DNA of 38,001 nucleotides, taken from Chloroflexia bacterium (GTDB taxonomy: Bacteria; Chloroflexota; Chloroflexia; QHBQ01; JADMIH01). The notes under the pieces were generated by a model, which was not told where the DNA came from, did not search any database, and saw only the letters and a program-made list of their open reading frames with translations. A program made the translations under genes and the position numbers. The stretch lies in assembly GCA_038324555.1 (NCBI GenBank), contig JBBQIC010000003.1:1-38001 (forward strand). Direction: 5' to 3'. Each line of letters opens with the position of its first letter. Position 1 is the stretch's first letter. Of the stretch, positions 9,690 through 19,034 are shown one piece after another.

Positions 9690-11576
9690 TTAATTACACC
9701 CTGGCTTGTTGCTTGCGGCGAGGCATACGATCTTGGAGATCTGCGCCCGCGTGGCGTTATTAGCTGGCTGGAACGTATGGTCGGCGTAGCCTCCGATTAT
9801 TACGTGGCATATCGCCGTCTCAACATACTTGTAGAACGGGTCAGTTGTAGGCACATCGCTGAAACTGGGGGCCTGCGGATTTCGGAGCGACCAACTATAC
9901 GCGACGATAGCTGCGTTGACTACTATTTTTGACAGCTGCCCCCTGGTCACGTTATCGCCTGGGCGAAACGTGTGATCGCTGTAACCGCTGATCAGACCGC
10001 CGTTGGAGGCAGTCTCTATGAAGCCATAGAATGGGTCCCTAACAGCAACGTCGGTGTAGTGCGGGCCGCCTTTGGTGTTGATGGGTATAGCGAAGGCCAG
10101 CACGACTATCTTACACATCTGGGCGCGCGTGGTATTGTTGCTGGGTTGGAACGTATGGTCGGCGTAACCGGAGATCGCGCCGTGGCAACTCAAGCATCGC
10201 ACCGAGTCGTAGAACCAATCTGCTGGGCGCACATCGCTGAAGCTTATAGGGCACTGGGTTGCGATGCCGGTCGGCGTGGATGTGGGTGTAAATGTCGGCC
10301 TGGTTGTTGGCGTAGGAGTGCTGGTCAGAGTGTCGCAGGGCAGGCCCAAATAGGACATAGTGAGGCTTTCCCCAGGGTCGCGGGAGGAGCCTACCGCCCA
10401 CAGGTCTCGGCCCGGCGAGACCCCAACCCCGTACAGGGTCGCCTGCCACGGCGTGGAAGGGCTGCGACCGACCGCCCATTGCGCGCCATTCCAATGTAGT
10501 GTCAGGGTCTGAAGCAGCACGCCCCGAGTGTAATAGCCCACAGCCCATATGTCGTTGTCGGCGACTGCGGAGATAGAATACAGCCTGGAGAAGCTGGACG
10601 GAGTAGGGCCTGCCACTTGCGCCCAATTGCGCAGAATTAGCGTATGAAGGCTGCTGCCATCGGAATAAGAGCCTACAGCCCACACATCGCCGCTGGGTGC
10701 AACTGCCACGTCGTAAAGGGTACTGGATATTGAGCCGGGGTCGGGAGTAGACACTCGAGTCCAGCTATGACCGTCCCAGCGTATGGCAACAGTATCCTGC
10801 GCGCCTCCCACAGCGTATACTCTGTTTGAGGACACCGCGGCGACCGCTGCAAGCAAATTGTTTCCGGCGCTGGGGTTGGGACTGGGTACAATAGACCACT
10901 GGGAGCCATTGTAGTGCATTGTAAGGCTGCTATATCCTGTGTCCTCTGTCAGGGTCGAACCCACCGCCCATATGTCAGCAGCAGCGATTGCCGTCACACC
11001 TGACAGATAGTTGCCTGATCCCGCGACGTTCGGGCTGAAGACGCTGGTCCAACTGCCGCCGTCCCAGTGCAATATCAGGGTTTGCGCCATGCTTGGAGAA
11101 CCCACAAAGTACTCGCCCACAGCCCAGATGTCATTGGCCGACAGAGCGGTTACGTCGTGTAGGGTGTTCGAGTCCGTGCCGACGTTGGGGCTGGCAACTT
11201 GCGCCCATTCCGAACCGTTCCAATGCAATATCAGGGTTTGCGTCACACCTACAGTGTCTACATACCCACCCACAACCCAAACATTGTTGGCCGATAGCGA
11301 CGCCACGCCTGTAAGAGTGTTGGCTCCCGTCTGTATATTGGGGCTGGGAATGACGCCCCATGCCCCAGGCACGCAGCCTCCGACAGGTGTGACAGTGGGG
11401 GTGCGGGTCGGTGATGTGCCGCCAAACGGATTGCGAGCCGGCAGGGTCCCCGCCGCAGCCTCCGACGGCAGCGCACCTACCCACATCAAAATGCCTATGC
11501 TACCCAGCAAGAGCATGACCAATAAGGCTAACGTGAATATAGCGCCCGCCATATAGTTGCGTCTTGTATTTATCAT
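9690..11576 (-). CDS. secreted beta-propeller-repeat (WxGxxW) protein with C-terminal SLH domains
   Basis: Start MINTRR after a GGAAGGA RBS, signal/TM segment, repeats L-x-x-V-x-A-x-S-x-N-D-I-W-A-V-G...HWNGxxW, T/P linker, three ISGY-x-D-x-TF-x-P...TRxQ SLH motifs. Confidence 0.85.
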   Translation of the reverse strand: MINTRRNYMAGAIFTLALLVMLLLGSIGILMWVGALPSEAAAGTLPARNPFGGTSPTRTPTVTPVGGCVPGAWGVIPSPNIQTGANTLTGVASLSANNVWVVGGYVDTVGVTQTLILHWNGSEWAQVASPNVGTDSNTLHDVTALSANDIWAVGEYFVGSPSMAQTLILHWDGGSWTSVFSPNVAGSGNYLSGVTAIAAADIWAVGSTLTEDTGYSSLTMHYNGSQWSIVPSPNPSAGNNLLAAVAAVSSNRVYAVGGAQDTVAIRWDGHSWTRVSTPDPGSISSTLYDVAVAPSGDVWAVGSYSDGSSLHTLILRNWAQVAGPTPSSFSRLYSISAVADNDIWAVGYYTRGVLLQTLTLHWNGAQWAVGRSPSTPWQATLYGVGVSPGRDLWAVGSSRDPGESLTMSYLGLPCDTLTSTPTPTTRPTFTPTSTPTGIATQCPISFSDVRPADWFYDSVRCLSCHGAISGYADHTFQPSNNTTRAQMCKIVVLAFAIPINTKGGPHYTDVAVRDPFYGFIETASNGGLISGYSDHTFRPGDNVTRGQLSKIVVNAAIVAYSWSLRNPQAPSFSDVPTTDPFYKYVETAICHVIIGGYADHTFQPANNATRAQISKIVCLAASNKPGCN

Positions 11577-11685
11577 TGCTATCCTTCCCCGCGATATGAA
11601 ATTCGTGCTGCTAGTATATGTTTGTATGGCCCATAGTGCAAGTGTATATCCAGGGCGGATGCAAAGTCGGGCATGGCTGCTAGTT

Positions 11686-11770
11686 GACGATGGACGATGG
11701 ACGATGGACGATGGACGATGGACGATGGACGATGGACGATTGAACAGGCATCGTCCATCGTCCATCGTCC
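11686..11770. repeat. GACGATG heptamer tandem array (8 copies) with 3 inverted copies
   Basis: Seen directly; lies between divergent genes. Confidence 0.9.
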
Positions 11771-11789
11771 ACAAAAAGGAAGCACCACT

Positions 11790-12461
11790 ATGCTGATAAA
11801 CGTGTTTGGCGCGCTGGCTTTTCTCGGAACTGTCCTGGGACTGGTGATCGCTCTACTTGCTGTGGTTTATCTGCTGGCGACTCGGAAGGTGGGTCTTGCT
11901 TTCGCGGTGGCTAAGTGGACGCTGGCGGGGCTGGCGGTGTATTTTGGCCTATTGGTTCTGGCGTCTGTTACGAGCGCGCAGACGGTTCTCAGCTTGAACC
12001 AGGAGCAACGGTTCTGTGCGGCGGACTGCGACCTGGCTTTTTCGGTGACAGGCGTCAGGAGAACGCAAACGCTAGGGAATCCGCCCAACCTACAGAAGGC
12101 GCAGGGTACATACTACGTGGCAACGGTGAAGATGAGCAGTGACGCCGCCCGCGTGACTATGCAATTCAACGACCCCGTTTATATTAAGGTAGTTGACGCC
12201 GATGATAGAAATTACACATACTCACCGGAGGGGCAGAGGGCGCTGGACCGCTCCCAGGGCAGGACCGGAGATTTGGAGCTACCCTGGGCACATAGTCTGC
12301 ACCCAGGCGAGTCGGCAAGCCGAGACATCGTTTTCGACATCCCCTCGGACGTGAAAAGCCCCGCCCTGGTTATACAGGAGGGCGGTTGGGAGAGCACGCT
12401 CGTCATAGGGGACGAGAATAGCTTGTTTCACAAGCAGACGAAGATCAGGCTCGAACCGTGA
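11790..12461 (+). CDS. membrane protein with DUF4352-like Ig-fold C-terminal domain
   Basis: Two N-terminal TM helices; LHPGES...IVFDIP motif; AAGGA RBS. Confidence 0.6.
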   Translation: MLINVFGALAFLGTVLGLVIALLAVVYLLATRKVGLAFAVAKWTLAGLAVYFGLLVLASVTSAQTVLSLNQEQRFCAADCDLAFSVTGVRRTQTLGNPPNLQKAQGTYYVATVKMSSDAARVTMQFNDPVYIKVVDADDRNYTYSPEGQRALDRSQGRTGDLELPWAHSLHPGESASRDIVFDIPSDVKSPALVIQEGGWESTLVIGDENSLFHKQTKIRLEP

Positions 12462-12464
12462 GTA

Positions 12465-12515
12465 GGATATAAATCACAAACACGTCGCTCCGCGACGTGT
12501 TTGTGATTTATATCC
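12465..12515. terminator. 24-bp perfect hairpin between convergent genes (probable bidirectional terminator)
   Basis: GGATATAAATCACAAACACGTCGC-TCC-GCGACGTGTTTGTGATTTATATCC. Confidence 0.65.
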
Positions 12516-12519
12516 GAGT

Positions 12520-14229
12520 CTAGTCTTTGCTGGTGATCTGGGCAAGTGCGTCCTCTACTATTGAGCTTACTACGCGGTCGTTGAGGGCGAACTCCGCGCC
12601 TGCTGCTTTGAAGAGTTCGGGCAAGGGGCGGGAGCCGCCGAGGGCCAGGGCGCGCTTGTAGGCGGCGACGGCCTCTTTTTCGTTTTGGAGCGAGTTGAGC
12701 CAGACGCGGCAGGCTGCGAGTTGGGCTATGCCGTACTCTACGTAGTAGAAGGGCACGCTGAAGACGTGCGGATACTGCCAGCCGATGTCGCGGTATTGTT
12801 CTAGGCCGGACCAGTCTACTCCTGGTCGCAAGCGCTGCTCTAGCTCGGCCCATTTTGCGCGGCGAGCTTTAGCCCCGTGATCGGGCACGGTGTAGACCCA
12901 GTGCTGGAAGGCGTCTATCATCGCCATGAAGGGGAAGAAGCTGAGGCCCTCGCGTATCTGCTCGTCTCGCAAGCGGGGGATCTCGTCTTCGGTATAGAAC
13001 TCGCTCATGTAGGGGCGCGATAGCAGTTCCATGCTCATAGAGGCTACCTCGGCGAATTCGAGGCCGGTGTGGTGGTAGCTGTTGAGAGGCAGGTCGCGGG
13101 CCAGGAAGTAGTGGAACGAATGGCCCCCCTCGTGTAGCACGGTATCTACGTCGCGCTTGGTTCCTACAGCGTTCATGAATATGAAGGGCACGCGCCTGTC
13201 GGGGAAGGACATCATGTAGCCTCCTGGCGACTTGCCGGGGCGGTTTTCGAGGTCGAGCAGTCGCTCCTCCATCATCGTGTGGAAGAAGCCAGCGAGTTCG
13301 GGATCTATCTTCTGGATGATGCGCTCGCAGCCTTCTTTGAGGCGGTCTACCGTGTCGAAAGGACGCAAAGGCTCGTTGCCTTCGGGGTCCACGCTGAGGT
13401 CCCATGGGCGTAGCGTTTCGAGGCCGAGGAGACGCTTGCGCCGCTGCTGGTCTTTGGCGACTACGGGCACCATGTACTTCTCGATGGAGCTATGGAAGGA
13501 CAGACAGTCTTCGGGGGTATAGTCGAAGCGTTTCATGGCCTTGAACTGGTAGTCACGGTAGTTGCTGAAGCCCGCGTTGGTAGCTATCTGTTTGCGTATC
13601 TCGTACAGGCGGTCGTAGAGTTCGTCCAGGGCGTCGGCGTCGGCCAACTTGGCGTCGGCGCGGGCGCGCCACGCCTCTTCGCGGGTGGCACTGTCGGTTT
13701 CTTCCAGGTAGCGGGCCAGTTGCGGGAGGGTGTAGGTCGTGCCTCGAAACTCGGCTTGCTGACCGCCGCTTATCTTCTCGAACTCCTGGTCCAGCTTCTG
13801 CTCCTCCATGATGAGGGGTACGTTCTCTTCCTTAAATATCTCTATCTCGGCGCGGACGTTGCGCAGGAAGACTACATAGTCGGGACCAAGTTGGCTGACG
13901 GCGGGAGATTTGAGCAGTTTTTCTTTGAGTAGGAAGCCGCGCTGCTCGGTGACGGGGATGATGTTTTCGACGACCTTGATGAAGCGGGCCTCGTAGTCGG
14001 AATTGGTCGTGTCGGAGGTCATGTCAACGTAGGCGTCGGTGTAACACTCGGTGAGCACGGCGTTGAGTTCTTCCCAGTCGAGTATCCAGTTTTCGAGGGC
14101 GCTTCGGGTTGAGACGTCGCGGGCGTCGAGTTGGTCGTAGAGTGTGGCTACGGCCTCTGGGTCGGTGGCGTCGAGCACGTCGGGCGCGAAGCGGTGCGGT
14201 TGGGTGCGTTTGGTGGCTATGTTGGGCAT
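12520..14229 (-). CDS. M3B family oligoendopeptidase F
   Basis: HEGGH zinc motif, EFAEVASMSME, GKSPGGY, PFYYVEY. Confidence 0.93.
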   Translation of the reverse strand: MPNIATKRTQPHRFAPDVLDATDPEAVATLYDQLDARDVSTRSALENWILDWEELNAVLTECYTDAYVDMTSDTTNSDYEARFIKVVENIIPVTEQRGFLLKEKLLKSPAVSQLGPDYVVFLRNVRAEIEIFKEENVPLIMEEQKLDQEFEKISGGQQAEFRGTTYTLPQLARYLEETDSATREEAWRARADAKLADADALDELYDRLYEIRKQIATNAGFSNYRDYQFKAMKRFDYTPEDCLSFHSSIEKYMVPVVAKDQQRRKRLLGLETLRPWDLSVDPEGNEPLRPFDTVDRLKEGCERIIQKIDPELAGFFHTMMEERLLDLENRPGKSPGGYMMSFPDRRVPFIFMNAVGTKRDVDTVLHEGGHSFHYFLARDLPLNSYHHTGLEFAEVASMSMELLSRPYMSEFYTEDEIPRLRDEQIREGLSFFPFMAMIDAFQHWVYTVPDHGAKARRAKWAELEQRLRPGVDWSGLEQYRDIGWQYPHVFSVPFYYVEYGIAQLAACRVWLNSLQNEKEAVAAYKRALALGGSRPLPELFKAAGAEFALNDRVVSSIVEDALAQITSKD

Positions 14230-14287
14230 ATCAGTTCCTTCTCATGGTGTGGTTGGCGCGAGTATTTCCTATAAGGATAGTATAAAC

Positions 14288-14887
14288 GTGGTCGGGGCGC
14301 AACCTACCGGAACGGATGTAGCTGTATCTCCCACAAGCACCGATGTTGCGCAGCTAACCCTCACGCCAGTTGCCTCTGCTACTTCTGTTGCCACAGCTAC
14401 CAACGTTTCTGCTTCAGCTACCGTGGTGATAGCCACCCATGTAGCCTATGCCACAGATGTAGCCCAGTTCAGGGAGCAACTGCGCACCTCTGTAGCGTTG
14501 ACCCATGCTCCCACTATTACACCAGGAACGCCACTACCTATGCCCTCTCCCACGCCAATATTAGGAATGCTCCCAGGCTGTGGCAACATCAGCACATATG
14601 GGCCACAGGCTGTCAGTTGCTGGCGAGGAGTAGTAGATGGGCAGATGGTGGAAGTGTATGCAGGTAGGGAAGGCAGTGAGGGAGACCCTACACAGGGTAT
14701 TGTGAGGGTGCATATTCGAGGGCAGCAAGGGAGTGACACCATCTACCAGACGCCAGATAGGGTAGGGGCAGTGCGGATAACATCGGTATCGGTAGATGGC
14801 ACAGAGTTTACACTGGAAACAGTGGAGCGGCCAACACCCCAGGTGTTTGTGTTCGATTTGGCTGGCAGGAGGTGGGTGTCACCGTAG
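14288..14887 (+). CDS. hypothetical Thr/Pro/Ala-rich protein, start uncertain, possibly a 5'-truncated exoprotein
   Basis: T/P-rich linker followed by a compact beta-rich domain with a Cys pair; GTG 14288 after AAGGA avoids overlap with the peptidase gene. Confidence 0.5.
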   Translation: MVGAQPTGTDVAVSPTSTDVAQLTLTPVASATSVATATNVSASATVVIATHVAYATDVAQFREQLRTSVALTHAPTITPGTPLPMPSPTPILGMLPGCGNISTYGPQAVSCWRGVVDGQMVEVYAGREGSEGDPTQGIVRVHIRGQQGSDTIYQTPDRVGAVRITSVSVDGTEFTLETVERPTPQVFVFDLAGRRWVSP

Positions 14888-14968
14888 CCACAGGCTGTGG
14901 TTGTATAAGTGTGGTAAAATTAGAATAGTAAAGGTAGTAGCAAGTAGCAATCAACTACGTGTAAATAG

Positions 14969-16957
14969 ATGATGCATAGAGTGGACACACTCAGGAGCTA
15001 TGAGCGTATCCGATCAAGGGTAGGTTCACCATCCACGTTGGATACAAAGGCTCTGAGTGTGTCCATTTCTGTGGCATCGTTGATCGTTCTGCTGTTGTTG
15101 GCGGCAGCGTCATCATTGTATGTCCAATCGTCAATCGAAACTGCCAATGCACAACCGCAATCTATCGCAACCAGAGCCGACCCAATCTTATCCAGCCGAA
15201 GAAATGCGTTCGCTGACTATCGCCACCACAGCATAGCCCAAAGCAAGAGCATACCCCAGATCACACCAACAGGTACATGCATTCCATCGTGGCAAGCAGT
15301 AACCAGCCCCAACTTCGGCCAGGATACTAATTACCTTCAGGGTGTGAGTGCCATCTCAGCTAATGACATTTGGGCGGTTGGTACAAATGACTATGGCGGT
15401 ACTTATCCTGGTTGTGCAACACTAACGCTGCATTGGGATGGGCAGGCGTGGACCCGCATCCCCAGTCCCAATGTGGGCACTTTCTATGATTGCAGCGCCC
15501 TTCTTGGTGTAGATGCAGTTTCTTCAAATGAAGTATGGGCGGTCGGTTATGTGGATACCACTGCTCCTGGCACACTCACCCTTATAGAGCACTGGGATGG
15601 GGTGCAGTGGAGCATCGTGCCTAGCCCTAGCTTGTCTAACACTGACAACGTGCTAGAGTCAGTTACAGCCATCTCCTCCAACGATGTATGGGCTGTGGGA
15701 TACTTCACTGCGGTCTCAGGCACTACCGGCTATCCACAAACACTGGCATTGCATTGGAATGGTACTCAGTGGAGTACAATACCCACCCCTAACTCTCCTT
15801 CCGATCACGACAGGTTCTGGGCTGTCTCGGCGATCTCCTCCAACGATGTGTGGGCTGTAGGGGCTACTGCCCAAAATGCGAATGGCGCGCTGATCGAGCA
15901 CTGGAATGGCAGCCAGTGGAGTATTGTGCCCAGTCCTATCCCTCCTTGCACCGATTGTGGTTACATACTGTATGGGGTAGCTGCGATTTCTAGCAACGAC
16001 GTGTGGGCAGCAGGGACCGTTGTATATTTTGGGGGTGGGGAGTACACGCTGATCGAGCACTGGGACGGCAGCCAGTGGAGTATTATAGGTAGCCCCAACA
16101 CGAGTTCCACTCACAATGAATTAGCTGCCATTAGTGCCGTCTCCCCGACCGATGTATGGGCTGTGGGCTATTCGGGAATGGGAGTACTCATTGAGCATTG
16201 GGATGGCAGCCAATGGAACCTTATTCCCAGCCCCAACAGCGGATACCTATGGGGGGTGGTAGCACTATCAAGCACAGACGTATGGGCAGTTGGGTATTTG
16301 CACAGTTGTCAAGGCGGTCCATGCGGCTGGCATACACTCGCCGAGCACTACTCCAGTCCTTGTGGGTCTGGTACGCTTACTCCTACTCCTACTCCATCTC
16401 CTTCCCCTTCACCCACTATGACACCGATCCTGACCATCACAACAACGCCTACTGTCCCACCAATATTAGTAGGCCACGTCAATTGGGAGGCTCGTCCTGC
16501 CCAGCCTAACGCCCTACAGCAGCTACCTATCACCCTCACTCTAAGGTCAGGCACAAACGAGATAGACTACCCAACCCAACTGACCGACCAGTACGGCTTC
16601 TTTACTGTAACGCTTGGCAGTCTGCCTAATGGCACTTACATCTGGCGAGTTGACGATGGCGCATCAGGATCTCACTCACCCAACTACCTGGCTAACTCTG
16701 GTTTTGTTGATATATCAGTAAATCCAAGCACTAATGTGGAGATGGGCATGATGAGGACAGGAGACGCCGATGATAATAACCGTGTAAACATCAGCGACTT
16801 CAACATGCTCAAAGTATCGTTTGGCTCTACATGTGGAAACCCAACGTATGACATGCGTACCGATTTCAGTGGGGACTGCTTTATCAACGTTTCTGATTTC
16901 AACCCTCTCAAGCGCAACTTCGGGCAGGCGGGCGCGCTTCCCGTCGGGCCAAGGTGA
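14969..16957 (+). CDS. secreted WxGxxW beta-propeller protein with C-terminal Ig-like and dockerin-like domains
   Basis: TM/signal segment; seven AISSNDVWAVG...EHWDGSQW-type repeats; paired Ca-binding-type motifs GDADDNNRVNISDF and DFSGDCFINVSDF. Confidence 0.8.
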   Translation: MMHRVDTLRSYERIRSRVGSPSTLDTKALSVSISVASLIVLLLLAAASSLYVQSSIETANAQPQSIATRADPILSSRRNAFADYRHHSIAQSKSIPQITPTGTCIPSWQAVTSPNFGQDTNYLQGVSAISANDIWAVGTNDYGGTYPGCATLTLHWDGQAWTRIPSPNVGTFYDCSALLGVDAVSSNEVWAVGYVDTTAPGTLTLIEHWDGVQWSIVPSPSLSNTDNVLESVTAISSNDVWAVGYFTAVSGTTGYPQTLALHWNGTQWSTIPTPNSPSDHDRFWAVSAISSNDVWAVGATAQNANGALIEHWNGSQWSIVPSPIPPCTDCGYILYGVAAISSNDVWAAGTVVYFGGGEYTLIEHWDGSQWSIIGSPNTSSTHNELAAISAVSPTDVWAVGYSGMGVLIEHWDGSQWNLIPSPNSGYLWGVVALSSTDVWAVGYLHSCQGGPCGWHTLAEHYSSPCGSGTLTPTPTPSPSPSPTMTPILTITTTPTVPPILVGHVNWEARPAQPNALQQLPITLTLRSGTNEIDYPTQLTDQYGFFTVTLGSLPNGTYIWRVDDGASGSHSPNYLANSGFVDISVNPSTNVEMGMMRTGDADDNNRVNISDFNMLKVSFGSTCGNPTYDMRTDFSGDCFINVSDFNPLKRNFGQAGALPVGPR

Positions 16958-17017
16958 GGTCAAAGGAGATGAGCAGGGTCTAGTCTAGCAAGATTCAACA
17001 TTTTGTGGAAAACCTTG

Positions 17018-17071
17018 CCTCGCACACATAAATCATGTACTGTGAATAGTACATGATTTATGTGTGCGAGG
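17018..17071. promoter_or_regulatory. 24-bp perfect inverted repeat overlapping the putative nurA promoter and RBS
   Basis: CCTCGCACACATAAATCATGTACT-GTGAAT-AGTACATGATTTATGTGTGCGAGG; TTGCCT-17-TACTGT overlaps the left arm. Confidence 0.6.
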
Positions 17072-17078
17072 ATAACAG

Positions 17079-18209
17079 ATGCCATTCGACGCAGCCGAAG
17101 TTGCCAGGCAAATAGAGCAAAGCCGCAGCAGCGTTCATTTCGAGGCGCGGGCGCGAGAGAACGCTATCGAGTTGGCGTTGCGGATATACAGGGCGGTCGG
17201 CGAGACCGAATGGGAGCAGCGCGTGCAGGACGCTACCCTGCGGCGGTGGGTGGGGCTGCCTCTTTCGCCAATCAGGGACGGGGCGCAGGTCGCGCCGTCG
17301 GCTGGCAATTACTGCGTGGCGGCGACAGACTCGTCGTTCGTGGCTCCTGACAAGCACCGAGGCTCTTTCTCGCATCTCATCAATGTGGGCCGGGTGATGG
17401 TGCGTTATGGCGAGAGCCAGGCAGCCGAGTTGGACAACACTCCCAACCACTACACCGATATGCTGGTCGAGGGCGAAGAGCAGACCTCCGGCAAGCTGCT
17501 GCAAACCAAGTGCGCCTTGCGAGAATTGCAGGAGCTGTTGAATTGGGCAACCGAGTATAGGCCGCAGATCGCCCTCGTTGACGGCTCGCTGATGCAGCTT
17601 GTGCTCGTGCTCTCTAAGGACGAGGAAGTCAAGGCGCTCATGGAGGAGTATTTCAAGACCTTGCACGGTTTCCGGGATATAAACGTGCCCGTGATCGGCT
17701 ACGTCAGCCAGCCCGAAAGCCAGATGGTGATGCGGGCGATCAGGATGTTGGCGTGCGACCAACCCACGCCGTGCGAGAAGCGGCCCAACGAGCCGTGCGG
17801 ATGCCAGCCGCTTTGGAGCATCAACGACGCGGACCTTTTCTGGGCATTGCTCGATACGGGGGAGCGTTCAGCGATATTCGGGCCGGAGTTTTCGTATCTG
17901 GCGGGGCAGGATGTTTATGGCATCAAACAAATGGGATTTGCGTATGTGGGCACCGAGTACGAGGTGGCGCGCCTGGAGTTTCCGCAATGGATTTGGGAAG
18001 AGGGACAAATGGACAGGACGATCTCCATAATCTTGCACCAGTGTAAGCTGGGCCAGGGCTACCCCAATTGCTTAACGCTGGCTCACCAATTTGCCGCGTT
18101 GCACAACACCGACCGCGAGAGCTACTATTTCCTGTTGGAGCGGGCGGGCTTGCTAAGGAAGACCTCGGAGAAGGCGCGGGGGAAGAGGGCTATTGGGCAG
18201 GCTATTTAG
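17079..18209 (+). CDS. nurA: NurA family 5'-3' nuclease
   Basis: ATDSS and LVDGSL acidic motifs, ARLEFP, GYP-x2-L-x2-AH; upstream of herA. Confidence 0.88.
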   Translation: MPFDAAEVARQIEQSRSSVHFEARARENAIELALRIYRAVGETEWEQRVQDATLRRWVGLPLSPIRDGAQVAPSAGNYCVAATDSSFVAPDKHRGSFSHLINVGRVMVRYGESQAAELDNTPNHYTDMLVEGEEQTSGKLLQTKCALRELQELLNWATEYRPQIALVDGSLMQLVLVLSKDEEVKALMEEYFKTLHGFRDINVPVIGYVSQPESQMVMRAIRMLACDQPTPCEKRPNEPCGCQPLWSINDADLFWALLDTGERSAIFGPEFSYLAGQDVYGIKQMGFAYVGTEYEVARLEFPQWIWEEGQMDRTISIILHQCKLGQGYPNCLTLAHQFAALHNTDRESYYFLLERAGLLRKTSEKARGKRAIGQAI

Positions 18210-18276
18210 TAGGGTGAGGGAATAGGGTGAGGGAGTAGTCTTTATTCCTACTCCCTCACCCTATTCCCTCACCCTA
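18210..18276. repeat. TAGGGTGAGGGAA 13-mer doublet with inverted copy
   Basis: Same element as 30811-30877. Confidence 0.85.
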
Positions 18277-18290
18277 TGGGGGAGAGCACT

Positions 18291-18962
18291 GTGGACAACC
18301 ACACACAACACCGCAAGCAGCTTGGTGAGGTTATCGCTACCTCTTACAGCAGCTTTACAGCGGAGAGCTATGAGTTGAACAGCACGCCGCCTCTTGGGGG
18401 GCTGGTGGTAGCGGAGGACGTGCTTGGGGTTGTGTGTGCGGCGCGGACCGAGGGGTTGGGGCCGATTTCGGCCAAGGGGAGTATTGAGGACGAAGACGGG
18501 GGCGTTTACCGCAATTATCCTGATTTGCAGAGGACGCTTAGGACGCAGTTTACGGCGCTGGTTGTGGGTTGTTATGACGGGGCGGCGGGTGATGGGCATG
18601 GGCGGCGGGTGGCTGTGTACACTTACCCTGAATGCCCGCCCAGGGTGCATTACAAGTGCTGGTTGGCGTCGGATGAGGAACTTATCAGCTTTACGGCGAA
18701 GCCCGATTATCTGCGGCTCCTCCTATCGTCCACAGAAGCGACCAACGTGGACCAGGTGCTCATACACCTCATAGTGAAGACCTTCAAAACCAGGGGGCGC
18801 GACCACGAATGGCTATCCGCAACTGCCGAGTATCTAGGGCGGCAGTTGAAGGGGCAATATGACCGGCTGCTGGCTATTCTGAAGACGCTGGATGCGCTGA
18901 CTGAGGAGCGCGTGGCAAGCCCCGGTGAAGTACAAGACTCCATAGGGAAAGTTAGGCTCTAA
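18291..18962 (+). CDS. HAS-barrel domain protein of the nurA-herA operon
   Basis: LGEVIATS..F.AE.YEL...PPLGGLV; position between nurA and herA; GTG start after GGGGAG (ATG 18276 lies in the repeat). Confidence 0.7.
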   Translation: MDNHTQHRKQLGEVIATSYSSFTAESYELNSTPPLGGLVVAEDVLGVVCAARTEGLGPISAKGSIEDEDGGVYRNYPDLQRTLRTQFTALVVGCYDGAAGDGHGRRVAVYTYPECPPRVHYKCWLASDEELISFTAKPDYLRLLLSSTEATNVDQVLIHLIVKTFKTRGRDHEWLSATAEYLGRQLKGQYDRLLAILKTLDALTEERVASPGEVQDSIGKVRL

Positions 18963-19034
18963 AAAGGAATAAATCCTAAAATAACATACTCAGTGCGTGA
19001 TTATGTTATTTTAGCAAAAGAAGGATCGATCCTT

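Noticed and set aside
11686-11770. Heptamer arrays as a CRISPR array, and the MDDGRWT/SSIVHRP ORF extensions
   Set aside because: No unique spacers and no cas genes. The extensions are translations of the repeat; RBS-supported starts are at 11576 and 11790.
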